Part shown: positions 1-12,250 of the stretch, in pieces
How the letters are laid out: each line of letters starts with the position of its first letter
Numbering within the stretch: position 1 is the first letter of the stretch
Source of the DNA: Leucoraja erinacea
Taxonomy: Eukaryota
Direction of reading: 5' to 3'
Assembly: GCF_028641065.1 (NCBI RefSeq)
Contig: NC_073405.1
Location: 15,996,001 to 16,060,000, forward strand
Length of the DNA stretch: 64,000 nucleotides
Made by a program: the position numbers and the translations under genes
The notes under the pieces: generated by a model
What the model saw: only the letters and a program-made list of their open reading frames with translations
Database searches by the model: none
What the model was told of the DNA's origin: nothing

Positions 1-756
1 ATCTGTGAAACAGTGGTTGTGGGGGTGTTATGGCCTGGGCATGTATGGCTGCTGAAGGTACTGGCTCACTTATCTTTATTGATGATACAACTGCTGATGG
101 TAGTAGCATAATGGATTCTGAAGTATATAGACACATCCTATCTGCTCAAGTTCAAACAAATGCCTCAAAACTCAATGGCCAGCAGTTCATTCTACAGCAA
201 GACAATGATCCCAAACATTCTGCTAAAGCAACAAAGGAGCTTTTCAAAGCTAAAAAAATGTCAATTCTTGAGTGGCTAAGTCAATCACCTGATCTGAACC
301 CAATTGAGCATGCCTTTTATATGCTGAAGAAAAAACTGAAGGGGACTAGCCCCCAAAACAAGCATAAGCTAAAGATGGCTGCAATATATCAGATGACCTG
401 GAAGAGCATCACCAAACAAGACACCCAGCAACTGGTGATGTCCATGAATCGCAGACTTCAAGCAGTCATTGCATGCAAAGGACATGCAACAAAATACTGA
501 ACATGACTACTTTCATTTACATGACATTGCTGTGTCCCAAACATTATGGTGCCCTGAACTGGGGGAACTATGTATAAACACTGCTATAATTTCTACATGG
601 TGAAACCAAAATGTACAAAAATACCCTTTAATAAAATCTGACAATGTGCACTTTAACCACATGTGAGTTTTTTTCTATTACAAATCTCAAATTGTGGAGT
701 ACAGAGGCATATAAATAAATGATTGGTCTTTGTCTCAAACATTATGGAAGACACCG
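1..756 (+). mobile_element. Tc1/mariner (DD34E) DNA transposon, 3' part: transposase C-terminus plus right IR/DR terminal repeat
   Basis: ORF 30..500 has the Tc1 motifs VMAWACM, QQDNDPKH and WLSQSPDLNPIEH. AATAAA at 630-635. Inner and outer direct repeats tgtcycaaacattatgg at 533-549 and 731-747. The end ...caccg is followed by TA (757-758). Confidence 0.9.
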
Positions 757-1504
757 TAAATGATCTGGACTTGCAAAAGGACCACAATTTCAAAGATTAC
801 AAACAATGCATTACATGGTCATGTAGTAATCATGAACAAAGCAGATGGCTCCAAGCAGGTCTCAGATTGCGAAATGAACATATGAAATTTATTGCAGATA
901 ATTGGAGTGACACAATAGGATAACAGAGGGGCAGTAACATCTAAATAGTAACAATCTGAGATAGATACAGGCACTTGGGAGTGCATATTCTCAAAACGTT
1001 GAAGGTGTGAGAAGAGGTAAAGGAGGCAGTTAACTGCATTGTATGCTTGGCTTTGTATATAGGGAACATTCGAAAATCTGGTTAGGTGCAAAAATATTGC
1101 AGTTCTGAGCATACATTGGCAAGAATATTAAAACCAGAGAGTGCGCACAAAGGCAAATTACCAGCAATCCCGGTCTTAATTAGCTGGATATATTGGAGGG
1201 GTTCAGATTGTTCTCTTTACAACACAGGAAAAGAAGAGAAGGTCCAAGACAGATGTTAAAAAAAGATTTAGAGCAGGCAGGCCAAATTCTGTCTAAAGAA
1301 TGGTTCAGATTCAATTGGAACCTTCAAAAGGCAATTGGATATTTATTCAAATAATTATTTGTAGTTTTTGGGAAAAGATGGGGCACGGAACAAAACTGGA
1401 CAGCTCTTCCAAAGAGCGCACTCAGCAAAGACAAGCCAAATAGTCGCTTCACTGCTGTAATATATATGGGATCTTGCCATGTGCATTTTCTACATTAACA
1501 CACA

Positions 1505-1850
1505 ACCAAACGTCGCCCATTTCCTTTGCTCCATAGATGCTGCCTCATCCGCTGAGTTTCTCCAGCATTTTTGTCCACCTTCGATTTTCCAGCATCTGCA
1601 GTTCCTTCTTAACCATACTAGAAATCGTTTCGATCAGCTGTAAATAACTCTGACTATGATGTAATTCTAGACTACAATCATTTTCATTTGACCAAAAGGA
1701 TCGGCGAGGCCCATGGTCATTTCTCTTGCGTAAACATAATCCAATCTAGGTCAAAGGTAGACAAAAATGATGGAGAAACTCAGCAGGTGAGGCAGCATCT
1801 AAGGAGCGAAGGAATAGGTGACGTTTTGGGTCGAGACCCTTCTTCAGAAA
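1505..1850. mobile_element. Two Penelope-like terminal repeat fragments in opposite orientation
   Basis: They match the recurrent motif gatgctgcct..ccgctgagtttctccagcatttttgt..cagcatctgcagttccttc and its reverse complement ending gtcgagacccttcttcaga. Confidence 0.7.
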
Positions 1851-2174
1851 CACTTGTCCTGCACATAACTGAATATCACTAAAGCAGGACCGCTGACAGA
1901 AGAGAACCAGCTTCAGCCTCCATCTCAGCTGTGTGCCGTTTCTCTGGCCTTCTCACTACAACCTTGCCACATTAATTTGCGCCCTTCTCTGCTTATATTA
2001 ATTATTTTAATTTTCAGACATCCCATGCTCCCTTTATCCTTTTATTTCCTCCTTGTTACTTCCCATTCAATGTCCTACTCTACAATCAGATCACTATCTA
2101 GTTGTGACTCAACAATTCCTACATTATCCCAACTGTCCATCCATCTTCTTTCCCTCCACTGAAAGATGAGCAAG

Positions 2175-2483
2175 TTTATAGTATAGTTTAGTTTAGAGAT
2201 AGAGTGTAGAAACAGGCCCTTCAGCCTACCAAATCAGTGCCGACCAGTGATCACCCGCACGCAAACACTATCCTACAAGGGACAATTTACAATTTTATCA
2301 AGCCAAATAACCTACAGACCTGTACATGTTTAGAGCGTGGGAGGAAACCAAGAGAACCCAGAGAAAACCCACGTGGTCACAGGGAGAACGTACAAACTCC
2401 ATACACACAGCATCTGTAGTCAGGTTGAAACTGGGTCTCTGGCACAGTGAGGCAGCAATTCTACCGCTGCGCCAGCGTGCTGC
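2175..2483 (-). mobile_element. HE1-type (V-SINE) tRNA-derived SINE
   Basis: The reverse strand has a tRNA-like head, the core GGAGTTTGTACGTTCTCCCTGTGACC and a (TAAAC)n tail shared with the other copies in the window. Confidence 0.85.
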
Positions 2484-3533
2484 AAAGTTGTCCAACCTGA
2501 CATCAAGAGCAGTGGATCAGATAGCTTTAATTCACTCCAACCCTTTGAATAAATGAGCAGCAAGATACTTATGAACAAAAAAGAAAAAAAAAATGATCAC
2601 AGCAGCCGAAATCAGCCTTTAAACCCCTTTTTATCAGCATTCAGTGAGATAGAGTTGGATAAGCATTACTCCGATAAACTTAAATTCGCAACAAAATCAT
2701 CCCTTGTTTATGTAAACTCTCCGTGCAATTTTACAGTGTATGTATAATTTGGGTAAATACACACTGCCTATTTTCAAGGCCAAAAACCGTTTATGAAGAC
2801 ATGATAGCCAAAACTGTACATTGTACTACAAATATTCTGAAGCCGGGACTTTGCATTGTTGCAGCATAGCTTCAGTCCACTTTATATTCCAATTCACTAG
2901 AAATGGACAACCTTCCATTAATAATTTTGCCAATTATTTTCTCTGCAAACAATTTAATATTCTATTTATATGGACTCAACTCTGGAGTCTTTTTAGTCCT
3001 CTATTGTTCCTAACACACCAATGCATTTAAAGAGATGAGAAGTTAAAAGTGAGTAACATCACAAACACCCACATTAAATGTGTCATAAAGAGAATAGGTC
3101 ATTGGGAAAGCACAAACCTTTCGCAACTGATGAAATACTTCTGCATTCAATCTTGTAAGAATACTGAAACACAGCCACAATTAGCATAGATCTACTATGT
3201 TTTTTTTTAAATGGATATTAATTTTGGTCAGAAAACTGATGTAATTCCTCTTCTTCCAAAATTCCGCTGTGACTTTAATATTTCCCCAGAGCTTCAGGTG
3301 ACTTCACTTCTTCACTTTCTTTAAATTTCATCATCAAGCTGTTGGCTAGTTCCACACAAAATACTTTTTATTCAAAAGACAAAGCATCTCAGCATGAAAT
3401 TACTTGGGCTTCACTATCACCAAATTCATATTGTACCTTGACACAGAGCTTAATGTTATTTCGGTTGATACAAAAAGTCAACCAAATGCTAATGACTGGT
3501 TAGTAATTTGCATAGAAAATTAAGAATACTTAC

Positions 3534-3660
3534 GGCCTGTATTCTCAAACAATACTTTGTCATTTAATCCGAGTCTCAGCTCTGGCATTCCTGATAGGAA
3601 CACTCGCATTTTGATGGAGCCCACTATTTCACTACGTAATACATTTCCATTAGCACTGAC
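3534..3660 (-). CDS. AP1M1: AP-1 complex subunit mu-1, coding exon 6 (127 nt); later exons lie left of the window
   Basis: Encodes VSANGNVLRSEIVGSIKMRVFLSGMPELRLGLNDKVLFENTG. TAG acceptor, GTAAGT donor, phase 0 to 1. Confidence 0.97.
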
Positions 3661-4429
3661 CTAGATTGGGAGCAAGGAAGATGATGTTGACTTTGGAATA
3701 GTTTGCACGAGTCTCCACTTCAAACAAAGTGCATTTAATAACTGACTACCTGTCACAATACATTCAGGAAAAGTGAGTTGCTGAATACATTTTTCAAATA
3801 TTCTAAAATGTTTATTTTCATAAAATTTGTGTTAAGGAACATTAATAATTCCCAAGCGTTCACTTCAGGGTTAATCACTACTGCAAGCTCTGCTGAATTC
3901 CAGCTTCTCCAGGATGAAAACTTTACTGCCAGCACACACCCCCCTCTGGATGAAATTATACATTTATAAGGAGGATTCACTGATTAATGACTAGATGGAA
4001 AGAATCCAAGCTCAACAATGATTCTTGCAGCTTGTACTTTCGTACAGTAAGCATGGGACAAAATCAAACCAGAAGTGAGAGTTAAAGTACCATTTGCACT
4101 AATCCACTACAGAAATCACTACAGGAGTATAAATATATATATATATAATTCATCAATAAGACGCCATCTTCGTCTGCCACTCCACTAACGTTCTAGACAT
4201 CACATAAAGTGGGGGAAGTGCTGAAAGAATGAGATGCTTAATAAATCAAGAGAAGTGAGAGAGCGGTGGCACAGGAGAGTGAAGGGCAAATTAACAAAGT
4301 CTCATATGCAGCACAGAGCAAAAAACAAAGCTTAACTGTCGTTATCTGACTGCATACAGCCTTTGCAATAAGTCTAATGATGGACAACACTGATAACAAA
4401 ATGCAAGTAATATCCATTAGCCATTACAG

Positions 4430-5270
4430 TGTCATGGTTGCAAGGTGACCAAGACCAGGTGCTCAATATGTCATGCTGTACCGTGTCCCAAAAGATCAGG
4501 ACAAAGGAGAAAGGAAGTGGAGTGGCATATTTAATCAAGAAAGGTAGCGTGGTGTTGAGTTATGACAGAGGCTGTGGATAGTAAGACAGATTTTGGTTGA
4601 AATCAGGAATAGCAAGGAAAAGTAGACATGGGTGGGAGTGATGTGTAGGTCCCCAAAGTATAATTACTCGATAAGATGGAGCATAAATGGGGAAATATAT
4701 TGGGTATGTTTGAAGAGAACTGCAATTGCCACAGGACATTTTAATCTATATATTGACTAACAAACCAAATTTGCAAAGGTAGTGCAGAAAACCTTGGAGT
4801 GCATCCTTGTTTAGAAAGGCAAGAACGGGCTATTTTGGATTCACTCATAAGTAGCGGGGAAGGACCGGAGATCTTATGCTTGAAGATCCTGTCAGAGGTA
4901 GTGAACACAAAATGATAAAATTCTAGATTCATTTGATGGTGAACACCACAGAACTAAAGTCACCATCTTCAACTTATACAAGGGCAATTAGAATAGAATG
5001 AGGATGGAATTGTCCAAGAGAAAATAAGCTGAGAGACAGGTCAGTAAACAAACCTTGGCAGATAATCAAACAGCTGAGAAGGAATTCATCCCAATTAGAT
5101 AGAGGGAACACAAGGTGTTGACAATATTAACTTGAAAAGTAGTGCATGCAGCATGGCTGGCGGCAAGTAAGAGGATAAGAACATTTTAGGATCCAGCAAT
5201 AAAGGATTAAAAAACACAAGGGAGAAAATTGATTTTGAGAGTAAACTTGTGTGTAATTATAAAAACAGTA
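4430..5270 (+). mobile_element. Highly decayed CR1-type LINE ORF2 fragment (endonuclease region)
   Basis: Remnants resemble the CR1 GGVA, YRPP, ILD and SDH blocks, with many stops and frameshifts. Confidence 0.55.
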
Positions 5271-5779
5271 GGAGTATTGAGAGACATTCCAAATCTCTTA
5301 AAACCTCTAAGAAAGTAGAGGCACGGCGCAAATTTTTCATGATTGCATCCATGTGCTGGGCCCAGGACAGGTCATACAAAATTCCTAGGAATTTGAAACT
5401 TGAACTCTTTCCACCACCAACCCATCGATAAAAAACAGCATAGGGTCTCCCAATTTTGTTGCAACACCATTCAACCAGGTGTCCCCCCCCCCCCCCCCCT
5501 CTTCGCTGTACGCTGACTCATCAGCACCACTGCTCCCCCCTCACCTGGCAAAAATATAGATGGCATTGGCATTGGAGCTGTTCTGAGGCACACAATCATG
5601 GATGACATTTGCACATAGTTTAGTTTAGAGATACAGGATGAAAACCAGGATGAAATGCCAGCATTTGTCACCCATCCCTAACTACCCACGAATTGAGGAG
5701 GCAATTAAGTCAACTGCATCGACAATCTAGAATTACACTTAATCACAAGTGTCATTCTAGATTTGAATCAAAGATGAAC

Positions 5780-5996
5780 TTCCCCAGAGGAGATTAGTGA
5801 ACTAGAGATTTTTGTTCAATTAACATTCAGTAGTTTTATGATTACCTTTACTATAGATTTTTTTTGAAAGTTTGATTTATCTAATCGCTTGGTTTTAAAT
5901 TCTCCACCTGCCACAGTAGCTTCTGGAGTGGCGTGTCTGAAACAGTAGTCCAGAACTCTGGTTGCTAGCCCAGTAGCCCAACCGCAACACTGCCAT
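5780..5996 (-). mobile_element. Ancient tRNA-derived SINE, second family (related copies at about 11570-11740 + and 23090-23335 -)
   Basis: The three copies share blocks such as attagtgaac and tttaaa, and a tRNA-like head on the SINE strand. Confidence 0.5.
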
Positions 5997-6180
5997 ACAA
6001 CCCTTACGGAAACTTTACAGTGGTTTTGATTATATGCTAATGATAATATTTACTGAAGACAAAAGGATTTCTATTCCTCGGTGATGCTGCTCACGAGATT
6101 ATTTTAGGAGGAAAGAAAAGGGAGGCGTGCATTAATGGCAACATCTCCATGCTAACAGGGGTCTATTTACAATAACTCAC

Positions 6181-6328
6181 CAGTAGGTTGACAGATTCAA
6201 TAACATCAAGAAACACTTCATTTTTACGATACTTAATTCCCTCTGATCTCCAAGACACTGCATTGGTAACAGTGGCTGGTGGGCGGGGCGCCCCAGTGTC
6301 CAGCTTATGACCTTCTTGAGTGATGTAC
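6181..6328 (-). CDS. AP1M1: AP1M1 coding exon 5 (148 nt)
   Basis: Encodes YITQEGHKLDTGAPRPPATVTNAVSWRSEGIKYRKNEVFLDVIESVNLL. CAG acceptor, GTGAGT donor. Confidence 0.97.
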
Positions 6329-6671
6329 CTGGGAATAGAATGAAGAATGGTTGGAGCTGATCAATTTAGATAGACTAGAAGAAATTTAAATGTGCAATCT
6401 GTAGATCAGGAATGCAGCTAACCCATCCGTCAAAACCTAGGATGCTGAAATTGTGCCGCTACTTGGTAGGTGCAAGGGTGGAAAATTATACAGCCAGACC
6501 ATGGATAGATAAGCCAAAAAGGTTATTTTGTCTCTTGATGCTGTGCTGGATCTTTGCAAGTATAATGCAGCTGGTCCCTTTTCTTATGGTCTTACAAGTT
6601 TGTCTTGCAATTAATGATCCAATTCCCCATTACAGCAACATTGACTAAGGCTACATCACACAGTTCAATGC

Positions 6672-6722
6672 TTCATTCATTCATTCATTCATTCATTCCA
6701 TCATTCATTCATTCATCATCAT
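6672..6722. repeat. (TTCA)n microsatellite, tail of a reverse-oriented LINE fragment extending to about 7050
   Basis: ttcattcattcattcattc... is seen directly. Confidence 0.8.
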
Positions 6723-9232
6723 GGAAAACGTTAGTGATGCAGTGGTGCTGGTTTCCAACGGGAACGGTGAGGGACACACCACACATCTCTGACCTCCAGT
6801 TCCTGCAGACTTCCATCGCTGGAAGAATAGGATTTTGGTGTGTGTGCGCTTTATCATCATTCCTTACAATGCTACTTACGACAGTGATCTCAACATCTAT
6901 TGAAGTGTGGATGGTTGTTGGGTTGCTAGAAGCTCATCCGCACTTTGACAGGTCTTATTATTGGTCCTGCTGAAGGTCCACAGACCCCTCCTCAACTGGC
7001 CGACCAGGTGGGGGAGACGGTTTAGTCGCTGACTATCCCACCATGGAGCAGGTAGCATGGGATTACATGGTATTCATGAAGGAGGGGAACTCCCCCCCCC
7101 AACCTGACCTGAGAATGCTGCATTCCAGAACACAATCACTTTCACCTGTCCCTCCTCTCTTCCAGCTTTCTTTCCTTGCCCCCTCCTCTCCACAATCAGA
7201 ACGAAGAAGGGTCCCGACCCCAAACATCATCTGTTCATGCTCTCCAATGATGCTGCCTGACCCGCTTACTACAGCAGTTTGGGTCTTTTTTTGTAAACCA
7301 GTGTCTGCAGCTACTTGTAGCCATTTTCTATGAAAGTATTTTTCCATATGTTGCCTTAATATTTTTGTCAATTGGGTCTGGCCTCTTCCATCATTGGCAA
7401 CATATCCCCACTATTATGAGCGTTCATTGTACATCTCCCCTTGACCTTCTTATCTTCCAAGGAGAACAACCCTCGATTCTCTATCATCTTCCCAGTAACA
7501 CAAATCACTCATCCCCAGAATCATTCCAGTAAAGATTTTCTGCATTCCCCTCCAAGGCCTTCACATTCTTCCTAACAGGTCAGGCAGCATTTCTGGAGAA
7601 AATGGGTCGGTGATGGTTTGGGTTGGGACCCTTCTTCAGTCTGTTTGTAGAGTGGGGTGGAAGAAGGCTGGAAGAGAGGATAAAAAGGACAAAGCCTGGC
7701 AGATAATAGGTGGATCCAGGTGAGGGGGAGTTGATAGACAGATGGTTGGAACCAAGACCTGTGAGTACAGCAGATAATACGAGACAGGTGGGTCGAAGAG
7801 TTGCAAATTGTGAAGCCAGAGGAACTATTAATGTTTTTACCCTATGTAGCATGTTTCCAGTTCATAGAAGTAACTTATGACAAAAACTACAGCTTTGCTG
7901 AGCGCATTGCCTTGTGTGCTGTGATAATTCAAATCCTGCATGGATGAGCTCAATCTTAATATATGGCTGGATGGGACCGCAATCCTCCAAACCACTCAGC
8001 TTCTATGATTTAACTTCTCAGAGCCACTCTGGCCAAGTGGAGTGAAGTGAATTGTTCTTTGAGTCACCCAGGCTATGATCTGAGCTTATCACAATGGAAG
8101 GCCAAAATCCCCATTATTAATGGGCCCTTGAACAATTCAGTTCTGTCTATCTGGGTGGTCTCAGCAAAATATACTGCAAAACAGTCAGATGTGAACGGCA
8201 GCCAAATAATTATTCCATAACAGCACTATATAATGGGAAATAAATTCCTGCATTTCATTCATATTTATTTTCATTGGCAAGCAGCAACTTGTTTTAGAAA
8301 AGGCTTAATCATCAAATAAAATGGTCATTTTAATACTAGCAACAACCAAAACATCAATAGAGGAATAGAAATTAGTGTAAGGAGATCAAAATAAGCTGAA
8401 ATTGTTTAACAACATCTGGTTTCATTGGCATTCTGGGAAGTGAAAACAGGAAAGCACTTTCTTCCTTTAAAACATTCCACATTGAGCCTCCTTGCCAGGT
8501 TATTCGTGGAAACAAGTCAGAAGGATCTGTTACACATCAAGGTTTTCCAATTACAATTTTCCTATTACATGACACTTTCTGGCACAGCTCATCTGTCAGC
8601 TACAGGAAAATGGAAAAATAGCAGGCCAGCTTCATTGTTCAGCTGTATGCTCAATAATCATTCCCATTTCTTTTCGTGTCCTGTATCAAAAAGGCTCTTA
8701 GCTTTGAATTAGCTCTGCTCCTGAGAATCAACACCTCTCGGTGATGCAGAATTCGAAAAGATTCTCATGATTCCATGCAAATCTTTCCTCAGCTCAGTGC
8801 TAAATGTCCTGAGAATATGATCCCCCGAGTTTGGAACACTTCAGCAAGGAGGCGTTGACCCTAAACTGCCATTCCATGCAAGCCTTTACATTATTTTTTT
8901 CATGGGACATTCTCTCATTTTGGTCAAAATGAGGGATAGAGGGCTAATTTATTCATTCTCCCGAATTATAATGAATATGGCCACAGTCCCTTCATGTAAC
9001 CTCTTCATCCCATTCTAATGCTTTACCCCTGCTTTCTTACACCATTCACGTGAAACTTCTGGGAAGGGGAGCACAGAGATGTGACAGAGTGGGAGGAGTA
9101 AAATGAGAATCCACTAGCGAGTCACATAGTAATCACCAACCCTCTGATAAAACAAGTATTGACATTACTGGAAATATTTGGCTGGTATTGTTTACCCTCT
9201 AGCACTATTTTATTGCAACGCCTCCTACTTAC

Positions 9233-9363
9233 TCTTGTAAGATCTTGCTGTCTGTCGTCTGCGGGTAACCGAAGTCCATTAACTCATCGAGTAGCTCATA
9301 AATTATAACAAAATTATCACGAATACTTTCTTCTTCTAGTTCTTTAAAATACTCAGAAAATAC
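9233..9363 (-). CDS. AP1M1: AP1M1 coding exon 4 (131 nt)
   Basis: Encodes VFSEYFKELEEESIRDNFVIIYELLDELMDFGYPQTTDSKILQE. CAG acceptor, GTAAGT donor. Confidence 0.97.
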
Positions 9364-9559
9364 CTGAAAAGTAAAGAGGACAGAGATATTAAAGGCAATG
9401 CATGTCTCTTTCAGCTGCTGGCCTCAAGATAATGGTAAGGCTGGAGGTCTTCAGAATGGGAGGAACCAAAAGGAATGCATTTTCATAAGCTAAAGTTTCT
9501 AATCCTCCACAGGTAGGAAACAAGACCGCTCTTACCAAAAAAGGGAAGAAAACTGTGAC

Positions 9560-10640
9560 TTAAGCAGTTAAGGCAGGGACTATCACAGCGTTTAAGAAGC
9601 AATTAGACAGGTACATGGATAGGACAGGTTTAGAGGATGTGGGCCAAATGCAGGCAAGTGACACTAGTGCAGATGGGACATGTTGATCGGTGTGGACAAG
9701 TTAGGCCGAAGGACCTGCTTCCACACTCCACTCTGACTTTAAAAGTAGATAAGGTAACGTCAAGCTATCAGTGATCAATGGACTGTCGTGTCAGATGTTG
9801 TGGATAAATGCAGTTATTTTGATCCCCTCCCCTCCACGTTGGCGAATCAGGAATGAGAAGGCACAGGCTTAAGGTGAGAGGGGAAAAGAGAATGCTATGT
9901 AGATCAAGTAGTAGTTGAGGTAGGTTAATAACAACATTTTAAATACATTTGATCAGGTGCATAGATGGAAGGCGTTTAGAGGGATATTGGTCAAACGTAG
10001 CTAAATTGGACAGATGTAGATAGGCACTTGGGGAGGTTAAGCTGAAGGGGCCATTTCAAAGTCCCACTCCAAAGACAAAGCACAAAATTATATGATACCC
10101 CAGTGCACTATTAAGGCAGTGCTGCACTGCCGCAAGTACCATCTTTTGGATGGAATTGCACAGCTAGACTATCTGGTTTATCAGGTGGATACAAAAGATC
10201 CCACAGTCCCATTTGTAACAGAGGAATTATTTTTTGGTGTGTAATCACCTTGGGCTCTGTGAAAGCTTGTTTAACAGAAGTGACTATAAGAGGTTCATTA
10301 ACTGTACTAGTCTTCATGATAATATGAGTTATAGATTGGGTAGATGCACAGTTTCTTCCCCAGAGTAGGGGAACATAGGTTTAAGGTGAGGGGGGAAAGA
10401 TTTAATAGGAACCCGAGTAATAACATTTTCATATAAAGGGTGATGGAACAAGCTGCCAGAGGAGGTAGTTGAGGCAGGTATTATCACAACCTTTAAGAAA
10501 CATTTAGACAGTTACATGGATAGGACAGGTTTAGAGGGATATGGGTCAAACATAGGCAGGTTCGACTAGTGTCGATGGGACATGCTGGTTGGTGATGGGC
10601 AAGTTGGGCCAAAGGGCCTGGGTCCACGTTGTATGACTCT
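9560..10640 (+). mobile_element. Cluster of CR1/HER1 LINE 3' ends (about 9560-9740, 9850-10050 and 10320-10640)
   Basis: Repeated tail gaggcagg..tttaagaa.catttagacaggtacatggatagga..ggtttagagggatatggg..gggccgaagggcctg. Confidence 0.8.
10053..10230 (+). mobile_element. Deu-domain SINE remnant (SacSINE1/AmnSINE-like)
   Basis: The blocks gtcccactcca, cagtgc..aggcagtgctgcactgcc, atcttttggatg and tcaggtggat..aaaagatccca resemble the Deu core as recalled. Confidence 0.6.
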
Positions 10641-10978
10641 ATAACTGCTTTGAAATTACACCATTAATGGCATATGAAAATGCAAATGTTTTTTTTTTCT
10701 TTCTCACACACCACCCTTGGTTGTGCTGTCAAGTATCTGGATGATGTCACATGCATTCATGACCAATGGTCTTCAGCTGCAAAGGCAATGCCTATCAGAA
10801 TAACCTATCAAATCTGATGGAGGAGAACTACCTACCTCTAATGAGCTAGTCAACCTCAGAAGCAAATTTGTTGAGGTATTCAGCACAGAGATAGGAAAAC
10901 CGCAGGATTAAAGACAGGAAATAAATCACTGAACCTGGAAATGAGGCTGTGGGAAAAGAAGAAAGCTAATGTTCTTAC

Positions 10979-11046
10979 CTGAACCACCTTATACAGGAAG
11001 GCAAACACCAGCGACACACATGCATTCTTCTTGGAGGTTGCGACAA
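10979..11046 (-). CDS. AP1M1: AP1M1 coding exon 3 (68 nt)
   Basis: Encodes (L)VATSKKNACVSLVFAFLYKVVQ, which matches mu1A (AP1M1) rather than mu1B (AP1M2). Confidence 0.97.
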
Positions 11047-12209
11047 CTGCACAGATATTAAGGTCAACCTGTTAAAAAGTGGCAAGCTATAAATTCTTAG
11101 GAACACACAACTGTAGGGAGTCCGGTTTCCCCTGAATCTAATTTATTAAATATACCATGGAACTACAAGCAACAATCATACTGATGTAGGTCGCTGTTTG
11201 GTCAGTGGTAGAATGCTACTGGCATTATGAAATACAATATCTATGGCAAACATGAACTATGTTAGTTTGTGATGTTGTCCAACCATGAAAGATAGTTCTC
11301 CAACTAAGAGACTGATGGTGCCAAGAGGCAAACAATAGGATATCTGACAGTTAAAATCTCCCAACACTGGAAGAATTAATCCAGAAAATGGATAATTGAG
11401 AGTTAGGTAACAGATGTGGCTATCACTGACGTAGTACGTGCAAGAGTGTTGATAGATATTATTTATAAAGGCCTGGCCAAAAGCAATAAGAGCTTCCATT
11501 GTTTGTTGAAAATAGTTAATATAATGCATGGCTGTTCCTGCTGTGGTAACCTCGAGGCCCGAATTATCGTTCAAGAATCATGAGCTTCAATTGCAGTTTA
11601 AAGGAAGTTTAAAACCTGTTAAGTAAATAAATCTTGAAAAAAATAGCCAACATCAGTGTCTTGAAACTGAAACCTTGTTGCAAACCCCACTCTGGCTCGT
11701 GAATGTACTTAATAAAATCCTAAATTTGTGCAGCTATATTCCTAAAAAACAAATTGTTTTCCTTTCATAATGATCCAGCATACCTTCATTTTACCTGCAT
11801 TCATTTCATCAACGAGGATACATGGAGTGTCAAAGTGCAACACAGCCACATGAATAGAACAATTGGTTAATTATCAGGAAAGAGAAGATAATCGGACTGG
11901 AGGATTAGTTAGTTCCATCATGCAGTTAGTTCCCCAAAGATTGGGGATTAGGACCACAGCTGTTCTTAGTATATTTTAATAATTTGATTTAAATAGAGGA
12001 TATCATTTCCAATTTTACAGATGATTAAAATGAAGACGCAGCGAGGACAATTGTTAGCAACGTCAATGAAACAAGCTGTTAGAATAGGCAGATTGGTGAC
12101 ATGAAATTCTATGCAGATAAATGCTAAATAGTAATTATTTTGTGGGGAGAATGAGATGAGGCACTATAAACCAAAAGGATACAATTATAAAATGGGTACA
12201 AGAACACAG

Positions 12210-12250
<41 letters not shown>
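12210..12250. repeat. 41-nt poly(C) homopolymer
   Basis: Seen directly, inside decayed CR1 sequence. Confidence 0.9.

Noticed and set aside
819-1112. Possible AP1M1 exon 7 (contains RFEN)
   Set aside because: No match to GKSKSVELEDVKFHQCVRLSRFENDRTISF. The region looks like decayed CR1, so exon 7 lies outside the window.
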